From assembly GCA_031366005.1 (NCBI GenBank), contig JANLZB010000055.1, positions 1,179 to 65,178 on the forward strand: a stretch of DNA of 64,000 nucleotides, given 5' to 3'. How positions within the stretch are numbered: position 1 is the first letter of the stretch; each line of letters opens with the position of its first letter. This DNA is from Bacteroidota bacterium (GTDB lineage Bacteria > Bacteroidota > Bacteroidia > AKYH767-A > OLB10). Both the position numbers and the translations under genes were made by a program. This document shows positions 20,843-30,792 of the stretch, one piece after another. The notes under the pieces are model-generated. The model had not been told where the DNA came from. It searched no databases and was given only the letters and a program-made list of their open reading frames with translations.

Positions 20843-21997
20843 ATGGCAGGATTTAATTTACGCCCAACCCAGAAGTTAAGAACATTTCAGAAGGGAACTC
20901 TTATTGTAGCTGGTGCATCCATTGTCTGCATGATTTGTTATTTTACTTTGCTTATCAATACAGTTGATATCACAAATTCATCAGCAATTAACAGAAATAA
21001 ATTAATGGACACCGATCCCATTAACAATGGAGAAATGCTGTGCATGTTTACATGGAATAAAAATCCTGTCACCAAATCTGATATTGGTCCATTGGCAAAA
21101 GAGGTAAGCATAAATGCTGAGTGTATTGCAGGTGGAAAAGATGAGAGTTTTGGTTTGAGTGCTGGAAAAACGGAGAAGAATATTGATTTAAAAATTGATG
21201 CAACTGATGAATTAAATATACCGGGCATTGACATTAGTGTTGATTACAGGTGCATGGAACCTACAGGAAGTTTTTTCAGCCGTGGAAATTATTTTAATTT
21301 CGGAATTAAAGATCATTTTCTCGTGATACAGTATAAAGTTGAAAACGAAAAAGGAAAAACATATACTGTTGACGAGAAAACACGTTATGAAATTCAAGAG
21401 GATAATATTTTACGCAACTACCGATTTCTTTTTAATCCTGTTAAAGGCCGCGGAGAAATATTTGTTGACAACATTGCAGTGTGGGTAAGTGAAGCTATTT
21501 CTGATGGTTCAGAAGGAAGCAGCTTATGGTGGAAAAAAAATGATGAGGTCACCATTGCAAAAGGAATGAATGGAAACGCTTCAGGCAAAGTGATTATGGA
21601 TAATTTTATTATCCGTAATACAGAGCAGGTTCGTCAGATACCATTCCAGCTCTTAAGTTTTACTGCCGAAATGCAGGGTGGTAATGTGATGCTCAACTGG
21701 TTTACTGCAAAAGAAAAAAACACAGATTATTTTCGCGTTGAACGCAGCATTGATACGCATAATTATGAAGAGATAGGAAAAGTGGCTGCATCAAAAAATT
21801 CTGATCAGTTAAAAGCTTATGCATTGCTTGATACACATCCCATAGCAGGTGTTTCATACTATCGCTTGGTGATGAATGATAACAAAGCAATAAAATCCGT
21901 TTGGATTCCTGTCATTGCTTTTCGTATGTTGCCGGATGCTAAAAACTCTTCTTCAGTGCAGGAGCAAATTATTTCGCATCCTCTTTCTGGTAATTAA
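20843..21997 (+). CDS. Membrane-anchored or exported protein with a LPVELLSF-type Ig-like domain and no T9SS CTD
   Basis: N-terminal TM segment; IPFQLLSFTAE...WFTAKEKNTDYFRVERS...SYYRL; ends without a PNP-type CTD. Confidence 0.6.
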   Translation: MAGFNLRPTQKLRTFQKGTLIVAGASIVCMICYFTLLINTVDITNSSAINRNKLMDTDPINNGEMLCMFTWNKNPVTKSDIGPLAKEVSINAECIAGGKDESFGLSAGKTEKNIDLKIDATDELNIPGIDISVDYRCMEPTGSFFSRGNYFNFGIKDHFLVIQYKVENEKGKTYTVDEKTRYEIQEDNILRNYRFLFNPVKGRGEIFVDNIAVWVSEAISDGSEGSSLWWKKNDEVTIAKGMNGNASGKVIMDNFIIRNTEQVRQIPFQLLSFTAEMQGGNVMLNWFTAKEKNTDYFRVERSIDTHNYEEIGKVAASKNSDQLKAYALLDTHPIAGVSYYRLVMNDNKAIKSVWIPVIAFRMLPDAKNSSSVQEQIISHPLSGN

Positions 21998-22017
21998 CAA
22001 TTTCAATAAATAAAAAT

Positions 22018-22046
22018 GGAGCTTTTGAGAAACGGCTCCTTATTTC
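22018..22046 (+). terminator. Probable intrinsic terminator
   Basis: ggagc(t)...(g)gctcc stem at 22018-22039 followed by ttatttc, about 20 nt after the stop codon. Confidence 0.5.
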
Positions 22047-22121
22047 ATCTCTATTTTTTTTAATGATATAAAAATGTGATCATCTTCAGAGTGGTTTACA
22101 TCTTTTAATTTTTAATTTTGA

Positions 22122-25100
22122 GTGGTGAACACTCTTTCCATTTACAAATCATCCGCAGGCAGCGGCAAAACTTATACACTGGTTCGTGAGTATTTAAAGT
22201 TGGTTCTTCCCTACCCTTCCAATTTCCGACATGTGCTTGCCATCACTTTTACCAATAAGGCAACCGATGAAATGAAGAGTAGGATCCTGCGATCGTTAAT
22301 TGAATTAAGCGAAGGAAAAAATAAAAACTTAGAACAGGAGTTAGCAAAAGAATCTTCGCTGTCAAAACTAAATATACAGGAACAGGCTCAAAAATGCCTG
22401 AACTTTATTCTGCATCATTATTCTGATTTTGCTGTTACTACCATTGATAGTTTTTTTAATTCCATTGTAAAATCATTGGCGCATGAAATGAAATTGCCAT
22501 TACGTTTTGAAATTGAATTAGATCAGGAATATATCAATGAGGATATCTGTGAACGGTTGTTAAACCAAATTGGTAAAGATGAAAAGTTAACCTCATGGCT
22601 CCAGTCATTCGCTTTTGAAAAATTAGAAAATAACAAAGGATGGAAAATAAAACCTGAGTTAAAAAAAATTGGAACCCAGCTTTTCAAGGAAGAATATTAT
22701 AAGCAGCAACGAAATGTTGAACCGGATTATAACATGTTGACGGAACAATTGAAAGCTGCGAGAAAAAAATTTGAAGAGCAGGTACGCACTTATGGAGATC
22801 AGTTTAATGCACATCTTCAGCAGCATAATTTTTTGATTGATGAATTTCATTTTGGTAAAACCGGAGTTGCCGGTTATTTGTCAAAGCTTTCAAAAAGAGA
22901 TTTATCAGGAAAAGATTTTATGCCAGGTATGCGAGTAATGGCTGCACATGATAATGCGAATGCATGGTTAAGTAAATCAAAACAAAATAATGCGTTGCTC
23001 GACCTGATTAATTCAACATTGCATCCGTTGCTTAAAGACCATATTAAATTTTATAATTCTAATTTCCACCATTACTGTTCAGCTTGTGAAGCACTCAAAT
23101 TAATTTATGTTGCAGGTATTATTACGAGGCTTGCAGAACACTTTCGTGATTATCGTGATGAACATGATTTGTTAACGATTGCAGATGCTAATATTTTAAT
23201 TAAAAATTTTGTTGGCACCAATGATACCTCTTTTGTATTTGAAAAAACGGGAAATAAGTTCAGGCATTTTTTACTGGATGAGTTTCAGGATACAAGCGAT
23301 ATACAATGGAAAAATTTATTGCCACTGATAAATAACGCATTGGCTTCGGGCAATTCTGCATTAATAGTTGGTGATGTTAAGCAAGCCATTTATCGTTGGC
23401 GTGGTGGCAATATGAATTTGCTTCAGCAGGAAATAAAAGATGATTTGAAAATGTATTCTTCTTTGATACAAGAAAGAAAGTTAAATATTAATTATCGCAG
23501 CACAAAAGAGGTTATTGAATTCAATAATTCATTTTTCCAATTGTTGCCCGGCATCATTCGTGAGCTTGAACATGCTGACTATAATTTAATAGCAGCAGCT
23601 TACCAGGCTGATGAAATAACGCAGCTCACTCCTGAAAAAATAAAAGAGAATGGTTATGTCAGTATTTCTCTTATTGATGAAAAAGAAATTTCAGAGATAG
23701 AAGAGGACACAAAATGGAAACAGGAGTCGTTGAATAAATTAATTCCAACGATTGACCAATTATTGAATGATGGATATAGCTGGGGCGATATTGCGATATT
23801 GGTAAGAACAAAATACGAAGGAAATGAGATCGCAAGATATTTATACAACAACGGAATTGACAAAATTGTTTCTGCAGATTCATTGTTGATTCATAGGGCA
23901 CCACAGGTTCAGTTTATCCTCAATGCAATTCGTTATTTGCATGATCAGCAAAATGTGTTGGTACGTAAAGAGCTATTATACTTTGCCGCAAAAGAAAAAA
24001 TAGCTAAAGATGAATTGGATAAAATATTTTCTTCTTATGATTTTGAAAAGGATTCTTTGTTCCAGACTTTTTTGCCTCCTTCTTATTTTGCGCTGAGTAA
24101 ATATTTTTTACAATTACCTGTTTACGATCTTACTGAACAATTAATAAAACTTTTTGATCTGAATAATAATCCTGATGCTTATATACAGCGGTTACAAGAT
24201 GTCATTTTAGAATACAGTGAAAAAAACCCCAACGATAGTTTAAGCTTTGTAAACTGGTGGGATGAAAATGCAGAGCGAAAAAGTTTTTCTGTCATCACTC
24301 CTGAACACGGTGATTCAATTACGATAATTACTATTCACAAATCAAAAGGATTGCAGTACCCTGTTGTGCTGATGCCTTATTGCGACTGGTCGTTAAAACC
24401 AAAAGCCGGAGAATTACTTTGGGTTTCGAGTGTTGAATCGCCTTATGATAATTGTAATGATATACCCGTGCCCTTCAGCAAAGCATTGGAACATACTTTT
24501 TTCAATGAGCATTATACCAAAGAAATTCAGCAGTATTATCTTGACAATCTCAACTTGCTTTACGTTGCATTTACACGCGCAGCAGAAAGACTTTATATCA
24601 CCACACCATTTTTAAAAACAGAAAAAATAAGTAAGATCAGTCAGTTAATTCTTCTTGCAATTCAAAGAAACGATGGCTGGAAAGAATGTTATAATGAGAA
24701 TGAAAAAGTTTTGATGTTAGGTAAAGAAATTAAAAAGGAAAGAAAAGAAGTTTCAGCAACTAAAGCAGATATTTTTCATCCTGAACCATTCCCAATAACT
24801 GAATTTCCTGTTCATTCATGGCAGAGTAAACTTGGCATCAAGACAAACAAAGAATATTCTTCTTCATTTATTGAGTATGGAAAAATTCTACACAAAACGC
24901 TTTCATTTATCATTACAGAAAATGATTTAGAATTAGCTTTAAATAAAGCAAAAAACATTTTCATACTTGATGAACATGCATTATTAAAAGTTAAAACTTC
25001 TATTGAAAATATTTTTCAGGCTGTTAAAAAGTATGAATGGTTCACTGGAAAATTTGCAGTAAGAAATGAATCGGATATTTTTTCTGATAAAAATCTTCTT

Positions 25101-25283
25101 CGGCCTGACAGGTTGATGTTTAATGATGAGGAAACAATAATTCTGGATTATAAAACCGGAGTAGAAGATAAATCCTATGACCGGCAGATTTCAGATTACA
25201 AAAATGTTTTGCACGAGGCAGGATTTAAAAATATTAAAGCATTTTTACTTTACATAGCTGAATGTAAGATTGTTGAAGTATAA
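22122..25283 (+). CDS. addA: UvrD/AddA-type helicase-nuclease
   Basis: SSAGSGKT, LAITFTNKAT, LDEFQDT, VGDVKQAIYRWRGG, NYRS, TIHKSKGLQY, LLYVAFTRA, C-terminal RPDRL...ILDYKTG nuclease. Confidence 0.85.
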   Translation: MVNTLSIYKSSAGSGKTYTLVREYLKLVLPYPSNFRHVLAITFTNKATDEMKSRILRSLIELSEGKNKNLEQELAKESSLSKLNIQEQAQKCLNFILHHYSDFAVTTIDSFFNSIVKSLAHEMKLPLRFEIELDQEYINEDICERLLNQIGKDEKLTSWLQSFAFEKLENNKGWKIKPELKKIGTQLFKEEYYKQQRNVEPDYNMLTEQLKAARKKFEEQVRTYGDQFNAHLQQHNFLIDEFHFGKTGVAGYLSKLSKRDLSGKDFMPGMRVMAAHDNANAWLSKSKQNNALLDLINSTLHPLLKDHIKFYNSNFHHYCSACEALKLIYVAGIITRLAEHFRDYRDEHDLLTIADANILIKNFVGTNDTSFVFEKTGNKFRHFLLDEFQDTSDIQWKNLLPLINNALASGNSALIVGDVKQAIYRWRGGNMNLLQQEIKDDLKMYSSLIQERKLNINYRSTKEVIEFNNSFFQLLPGIIRELEHADYNLIAAAYQADEITQLTPEKIKENGYVSISLIDEKEISEIEEDTKWKQESLNKLIPTIDQLLNDGYSWGDIAILVRTKYEGNEIARYLYNNGIDKIVSADSLLIHRAPQVQFILNAIRYLHDQQNVLVRKELLYFAAKEKIAKDELDKIFSSYDFEKDSLFQTFLPPSYFALSKYFLQLPVYDLTEQLIKLFDLNNNPDAYIQRLQDVILEYSEKNPNDSLSFVNWWDENAERKSFSVITPEHGDSITIITIHKSKGLQYPVVLMPYCDWSLKPKAGELLWVSSVESPYDNCNDIPVPFSKALEHTFFNEHYTKEIQQYYLDNLNLLYVAFTRAAERLYITTPFLKTEKISKISQLILLAIQRNDGWKECYNENEKVLMLGKEIKKERKEVSATKADIFHPEPFPITEFPVHSWQSKLGIKTNKEYSSSFIEYGKILHKTLSFIITENDLELALNKAKNIFILDEHALLKVKTSIENIFQAVKKYEWFTGKFAVRNESDIFSDKNLLRPDRLMFNDEETIILDYKTGVEDKSYDRQISDYKNVLHEAGFKNIKAFLLYIAECKIVEV

Positions 25284-25294
25284 TTTTCTTTTTT

Positions 25295-25368
25295 GTCATA
25301 CTGAACTTGTTTCAGCATCTCTATAAAATGTGTACTTAAGAGCGATGCTGAAATAAGTTCAGGATGAC
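25295..25368. repeat. REP-like inverted pair (TGTC/CGTC-tagged type)
   Basis: gtcatactgaacttgtttcagcatc (25295-25319) and gatgctgaaataagttcaggatgac (25344-25368); 23 of 25 complementary. Confidence 0.85.
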
Positions 25369-25416
25369 CACTCACTCAATTTGATTAATTTTGTGACATC
25401 AAATTCAAAGTAATTT

Positions 25417-27045
25417 ATGAATGCAATTTATAATGTTCCTGTAGCTGTTAATGAACCAGTTTTGAACTATGCACCTGGAAGTCCTGAAAGAAAACAATTA
25501 AAAGAAACACTTGCAGCAATGCGTGCAGAAGTTGCTGATATACCAATGTATATTGATGGCAAGGCTGTTCATACAAACAAAAAAGGTGATCTGCGCCCAC
25601 CACATGATCATCAGCATTTGCTGGGAAAATATTCTGTTGGCGATGCAAGTCATGTGCAATCTGCAATTGATGCTGGATTGAAAGCAAAGAAAGCATGGGC
25701 TGATATGGAATGGGAACAACGGCTCTCCATTTTTTTAAAAGCTGCAGATTTATTAAGTGGTCCTTATCGTGCAAAAATTAATGCCGCAACAATGCTTGGT
25801 CAGAGTAAAAATGTTTACCAGGCAGAGATTGATGCAGCATGTGAGATGATTGATTTTTTGCGTTTCAATGTTCAATATGCAAGAGAGATTTACGCTCAAC
25901 AGGTTCTTTCATCCAAAGGAGTTTATAACAGAATTGAGCAACGTCCGTTGGAAGGATTTGTGTTTGCTTTAACTCCGTTTAACTTTACAGCTATCAGTGG
26001 TAATCTTCCGACTTCGGTTGCGATGATGGGTAACACAGTTGTTTGGAAACCTGCCAACACCCAGATTTTTGCTGCTCGTGTATTGATGGAAGTTTTTATG
26101 GAAGCAGGACTTCCGGCTGGAGTAATTAATTTAATGTACGTATCAGGAACTGTTGCTGGCGATGTAATTTTTAATCATCCTGATTTTGCAGGAATACATT
26201 TTACGGGTTCAACAGGAGTATTTCGCGACATCTGGAAAACAATTGGAAATAATATTGCGAAGTATAAATCGTATCCACGTATTGTTGGTGAAACAGGAGG
26301 TAAAGATTTTATTCTCGCACATCCTACAGCAGTTGTTGCAGAAGTGGTGACTGCGCTTTCTCGCGGAGCATTTGAATTCCAGGGACAGAAATGCAGTGCT
26401 GCTTCGCGTGCTTATCTTCCGTCTAATTTATGGCCAAGAATTAAAGATGGTTTGTTAGCTGATCTGAAGTCTATGAAAATGGGACCGACAGAAGATTTCT
26501 CCAATTTCATCAATGCAGTAATTGATGAAAAATCTTTTGACAAGCTTGCTTCTTATATTGATGATGCAAAAAAGAATTCACAGGTAGAGATAATTGCAGG
26601 AGGAAAGTATGATAAGTCAAAAGGATATTTTATCGAGCCAACTATTATAGTAACAAAAGATCCGATGTATGTAACCATGTGTGAAGAATTATTCGGACCG
26701 GTGCTTACTCTGTATGTTTATGATGAAAATAAGTTTGAGGAAATTTGTGATGTTGTGGATAGCACAAGTATTTATGCATTGACTGGTGCTATACTTGCTC
26801 GGGATCGTTATGCAATTGAATACGCGACAAAAAAATTAGTTCATGCGGCTGGCAATTTTTACATCAATGATAAATGTACAGGTGCAGTTGTTGGTCAGCA
26901 GCCATTTGGCGGAGCACGGGCTTCAGGTACAAATGATAAAGCAGGTTCGATGATTAATTTATTGCGCTGGGTTTCTCCCCGAACAATCAAAGAAACGTTT
27001 GTTCCCGCAGTTGATTACCGTTATCCGTTTTTAGAGAAAGAATAA
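25417..27045 (+). CDS. pruA: 1-pyrroline-5-carboxylate dehydrogenase
   Basis: NEPVLNYAPGS, PFNFTAI, FTGSTG, GETGGKDF, FEFQGQKCSA, NDKCTGAVVGQQPFGG. Confidence 0.95.
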   Translation: MNAIYNVPVAVNEPVLNYAPGSPERKQLKETLAAMRAEVADIPMYIDGKAVHTNKKGDLRPPHDHQHLLGKYSVGDASHVQSAIDAGLKAKKAWADMEWEQRLSIFLKAADLLSGPYRAKINAATMLGQSKNVYQAEIDAACEMIDFLRFNVQYAREIYAQQVLSSKGVYNRIEQRPLEGFVFALTPFNFTAISGNLPTSVAMMGNTVVWKPANTQIFAARVLMEVFMEAGLPAGVINLMYVSGTVAGDVIFNHPDFAGIHFTGSTGVFRDIWKTIGNNIAKYKSYPRIVGETGGKDFILAHPTAVVAEVVTALSRGAFEFQGQKCSAASRAYLPSNLWPRIKDGLLADLKSMKMGPTEDFSNFINAVIDEKSFDKLASYIDDAKKNSQVEIIAGGKYDKSKGYFIEPTIIVTKDPMYVTMCEELFGPVLTLYVYDENKFEEICDVVDSTSIYALTGAILARDRYAIEYATKKLVHAAGNFYINDKCTGAVVGQQPFGGARASGTNDKAGSMINLLRWVSPRTIKETFVPAVDYRYPFLEKE

Positions 27046-27055
27046 AATAATAATA

Positions 27056-27138
27056 GAACACTGATTTTTATGATAATTATGATAGTCTCTGATTTAGAGA
27101 ATCTTAATTTATCTTAATAATCATAAAAATCTGCGTTC
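27056..27138. repeat. Imperfect 28-bp inverted repeat (GAACGCAGAT family)
   Basis: gaacactgatttttatgataattatgat versus the reverse complement of 27111-27138, gaacgcagatttttatgattattaagat (24 of 28). Confidence 0.8.
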
Positions 27139-27154
27139 CCTTTAAAAAACACAA

Positions 27155-27928
27155 ATGAAACTCACACTCACAAAACCCCTAGCATTTTTTGACCTGGAAA
27201 CAACCGGTGTAAACATTGGCGCTGATAGAATTGTTGAAATCTGTATTTTAAAACTGATGCCTGATACAACAAGACAGGTTTATACTAAAAGAGTAAATCC
27301 GGAAAAACCCATTCCTGCTGAAGCATCGAAGGTTCATGGGATTTATGATCAGGATGTAGCAAATGAACCAACGTTTAAACAAATTGCCACGGAGATTTAT
27401 CAGTTTATTGGTAATGCAGATTTAGCAGGATATAATTCCAACAAGTTTGATATTCCCATGTTGGTGGATGAATTTCTTCGGGCAGAAGTCGAGTTTGAAA
27501 TGAAAGGCAGAAGAATGATTGATGTGCAAAACATTTTTCATAAGATGGAACAACGCACGCTTGTTGCTGCTTATAAATTTTATTGCAACAAAGAAATTGA
27601 AAAGGCCCATAGCGCGGAAGCTGACATCATTGCAACGTATGAAGTATTTGCCGCTCAGCTTGAGCGTTATGAAAATTTAAAATGCGACATGGATTTTCTG
27701 CATGAGTTCACTTGCATGAATCCGAATGTGGATTTGGCTGGACGCATGGTTTACAATGACAAAAAAGAAGAGATATTTAATTTCGGAAAACACAAAGGCA
27801 AAACCGTAGCAGAAGTCTTTGCCAAAGAACCTTCTTTTTTTGACTGGATGATGAAAGGAGATTTTCCAGCAGAGACGAAAAAGGTTTTGACAGCATTGAG
27901 ATTGAGAGCAATGAATACAAAAGTTTAA
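27155..27928 (+). CDS. DEDDh 3'-5' exonuclease (DNA polymerase III epsilon-like)
   Basis: FDLETTG, GYNSNKFD, AHSAEAD, FNFGKHKG. Confidence 0.9.
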   Translation: MKLTLTKPLAFFDLETTGVNIGADRIVEICILKLMPDTTRQVYTKRVNPEKPIPAEASKVHGIYDQDVANEPTFKQIATEIYQFIGNADLAGYNSNKFDIPMLVDEFLRAEVEFEMKGRRMIDVQNIFHKMEQRTLVAAYKFYCNKEIEKAHSAEADIIATYEVFAAQLERYENLKCDMDFLHEFTCMNPNVDLAGRMVYNDKKEEIFNFGKHKGKTVAEVFAKEPSFFDWMMKGDFPAETKKVLTALRLRAMNTKV

Positions 27929-27932
27929 CTCA

Positions 27933-29906
27933 TTACGCTACTCTTCCCAGCTTCCTCCACCCTTTAAAAATAATCCGTGCATCGTTAAACACTTTATATT
28001 CTTTTGCATAAAGCGCATTCAAACGATCCTGTACAGTTGCATCTTTTATCGAACCATTAAAAATATCCAATGGTGTTAATATTCCTTTGCGGAATTTCAT
28101 TTGTGCATTCGATTTGTTATGCGATATACCAACCCAGTTTTTATTTCCAAGGAAAACATTAACCCAGTTTGTGATAAACCCAAGAGGAGAATTTACTCTA
28201 AACAATAATACCGGTGTCATTGGCAGAAGAATAACACAGGAGATGAGATCAAGCAAACGTTTATTACGCCTGTTAACAGGGTTATTGATGCTTTGAATAT
28301 CTACAAGATAAAGATCGCCACGCTCGTTAATTGAATTGCTTCCGATAATATATAAACTTTCAGGCGGAGCAATTTTATATTCAACATTACTTTGATTAGT
28401 GAGTAACATCTGGTTGATGATTTCCTGTGATGCAAGGTCTTTGGAACAAAAAATTACTTCGTTGATTTCATATAGTTCAATGATATCATTAAGCTCGCCA
28501 TACCTTCCAAGGTGAAATTTTTTCAGCTCGCTCTTTTCATAATTCTCCTGCTGAATCTTTGATGTACTTACAAATCCGATTACATTACTTCGTGCTCCAC
28601 TCAGTTGCAACAAGGAAAGAATACGTTGTCCTTCATCAGCGTCACCCACAATCAACAGGCGTTTTGTTTGTGAATCAGCCAATGCAAATTGTTTTATCCG
28701 CAAAGCATTTAATATTAATCGTGTGATCGTGATAGAAAGAATAGCCCATGTTGTTCCCAATAAAATTAATGCTCGTGAAAAGCGGTAAGTTTCCGGTAAC
28801 AATGCATACACAACGAGAATAAAAACTGCACCACTTAATATTCCACGCACCATTCTTGATATCCTTACTGGTTGATCATATCCACCGCCAAAATAAGCAG
28901 CAGTAATCCAGATAAGGATATAAACCGGAACAGCTATTTGCATAAACGCAGGGGGATAATGCACATCTTTAACAGTTACTTCCCAATAATTTTTTAATGC
29001 AAACATTCCTGCAAAGATTATTAGAGCATCCAGGAAGGGAAGAAAAATTCGTTCTAAAAACCTGCTTACTATTGCCGCTGCTGCACGTAGGTAAATTGCA
29101 ATGTTAATCAGTATTGAAAAAAGTGCAGCATTACTTTTGGCAAAATGTTTCTTTGCAAAAATTGCCATGGCACGATAAAATACAATAACATAATTAACGG
29201 TGCTTTTCTTTGTACTTTCACCCTTATAATGAATGATTCTTGTTTCGGGAAAATAATAATTTTTAAAACCTGCTTTTGTTATTCGGTAACTCAAATCAAT
29301 GTCTTCACCATACATAAAATAATCTTCGTCTAATAAACCAATCTTATCTAAAACACTTTTGCGGATTAGCATAAATGCACCAGAAAGTACATCCACAATA
29401 TGTGTTTTGTTTTTATCAAGATAACCAAGATGATAACGACCAAATGTTTTAGAGTTCGGAAAAAGTTTTGATAGTCCGAATATTTTATAAAAAGCAACAG
29501 CAGGTGTTGGCAATCCACGTTTTGATTCAGGTAAAAAATTTCCTTTGCCATCAATCATCTGCACACCTAATCCACCTGCATCATCATGTGCATCCATAAA
29601 TGCACAAACTTTTTGAAATGTTTGTTCTTCAACAACAGTATCAGGATTGAGCAGTAAAATGTATTTTCCGTTTGCTTGTTTGATTGCCTGGTTATTGGCA
29701 GCAGAAAATCCTTTGTTATCTTTATTGGCAATCAATATTACTTGTGGAAAACGATTGCGAACCATCTCCATCGAATCATCAGACGAGTTATTATCCACTA
29801 CAAAAACTTCGGCTTCAATATCTGCACATGCATTTTGCACAGCAATCAAACATTGCTCTAAAAAATATTTTACATTGTAATTGACAATGATGATGCTGAG
29901 TTTCAT
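27933..29906 (-). CDS. Glycosyltransferase family 2 with TM and nucleoside-diphosphate-sugar-binding-like C-terminal region
   Basis: SIIIVNYN, VVDNNSSD, LLNPD, YGEDIDL, IIHYKGES, then TM helices. Confidence 0.88.
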   Translation of the reverse strand: MKLSIIIVNYNVKYFLEQCLIAVQNACADIEAEVFVVDNNSSDDSMEMVRNRFPQVILIANKDNKGFSAANNQAIKQANGKYILLLNPDTVVEEQTFQKVCAFMDAHDDAGGLGVQMIDGKGNFLPESKRGLPTPAVAFYKIFGLSKLFPNSKTFGRYHLGYLDKNKTHIVDVLSGAFMLIRKSVLDKIGLLDEDYFMYGEDIDLSYRITKAGFKNYYFPETRIIHYKGESTKKSTVNYVIVFYRAMAIFAKKHFAKSNAALFSILINIAIYLRAAAAIVSRFLERIFLPFLDALIIFAGMFALKNYWEVTVKDVHYPPAFMQIAVPVYILIWITAAYFGGGYDQPVRISRMVRGILSGAVFILVVYALLPETYRFSRALILLGTTWAILSITITRLILNALRIKQFALADSQTKRLLIVGDADEGQRILSLLQLSGARSNVIGFVSTSKIQQENYEKSELKKFHLGRYGELNDIIELYEINEVIFCSKDLASQEIINQMLLTNQSNVEYKIAPPESLYIIGSNSINERGDLYLVDIQSINNPVNRRNKRLLDLISCVILLPMTPVLLFRVNSPLGFITNWVNVFLGNKNWVGISHNKSNAQMKFRKGILTPLDIFNGSIKDATVQDRLNALYAKEYKVFNDARIIFKGWRKLGRVA

Positions 29907-29917
29907 AGCGGCAGCAA

Positions 29918-30073
29918 GTCATTCAGGAGGAAACTTGTCATATAGTTGCAGGAAGTTTGGAATCCGATAAAAGTTTATTTGAAAGTATAAAACCCAACTT
30001 CCGTTTTTTAAAATTACTTTGGTGAATATCCAAACCTGGTGTTTTAAACGTGACAAGTTTCCTACTGAATGAC
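29918..30073. repeat. 156-bp element with 23-bp terminal inverted repeats (MITE/REPIN-like)
   Basis: gtcattcaggaggaaacttgtca (29918-29940) and tgacaagtttcctactgaatgac (30051-30073); 22 of 23 complementary. Confidence 0.85.
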
Positions 30074-30090
30074 ATCGCGTGATAAGTTGG

Positions 30091-30711
30091 TTATTTCACC
30101 AAATCATTTTCGTAAGGAACGCGGTTAACGATGGAGCGACCGAGTGTTACTTCATCAGCATATTCCAGTTCGCCACCGATGGCAACACCGCGTGCAAGTG
30201 TTGTAATTTGTATAGCGAAAGGTTTTAGTTTTTTGAAAATATAAAATAAGGTTGTGTCGCCTTCCATCGTTGTGCTTAGTGCAAAAATTACTTCACGAAA
30301 TTTTTGTTGCTCTACTTTGTTGATTAATGATTCAATAGTAAGTTGTGAAGGGCCGATACCGTCCATCGGGCTGATGATCCCTCCTAATACATGATACATT
30401 CCTTTAAACTGGCTGGTGTTTTCGATTGCCATCACATCGCGTATATCTTCCACCACACAAACTACTTCGCTGTCGCGTCTGTGGTCATTACAGATATTGC
30501 ATATTTCGGTTTCAGATATATTGTGGCAGCTTTTGCAATAAGAAATCTGCTGACGTAAATTAATCAATGCTTCTCCAAAACGATTAACGTCTTCTTTACT
30601 AAACTTTAAAAGATGCAACACCATTCGTAAAGCTGATTTTCTGCCGATGCCGGGCAATCGGGAAAACTCATTGACAGCTTCTTCAAATAATTTAGAGGGA
30701 TATGTTACCAT
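30091..30711 (-). CDS. recR: Recombination mediator RecR
   Basis: [51 protein letters not shown]. Confidence 0.96.
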   Translation of the reverse strand: MVTYPSKLFEEAVNEFSRLPGIGRKSALRMVLHLLKFSKEDVNRFGEALINLRQQISYCKSCHNISETEICNICNDHRRDSEVVCVVEDIRDVMAIENTSQFKGMYHVLGGIISPMDGIGPSQLTIESLINKVEQQKFREVIFALSTTMEGDTTLFYIFKKLKPFAIQITTLARGVAIGGELEYADEVTLGRSIVNRVPYENDLVK

Positions 30712-30717
30712 GAAATC

Positions 30718-30785
30718 TACGAATACGAATTGGGGTACGAATTTACGAATAAGAAACCTGCGAAACTATTTACAAATGCGTAAAC
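30718..30785. repeat. Tandem TACGAAT-type heptamer tract
   Basis: tacgaa tacgaat ... tacgaat t tacgaat ... tgcgaaa ... tacaaat, filling the gap between the O-methyltransferase and recR. Confidence 0.75.
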
Positions 30786-30792
30786 CATTCAA

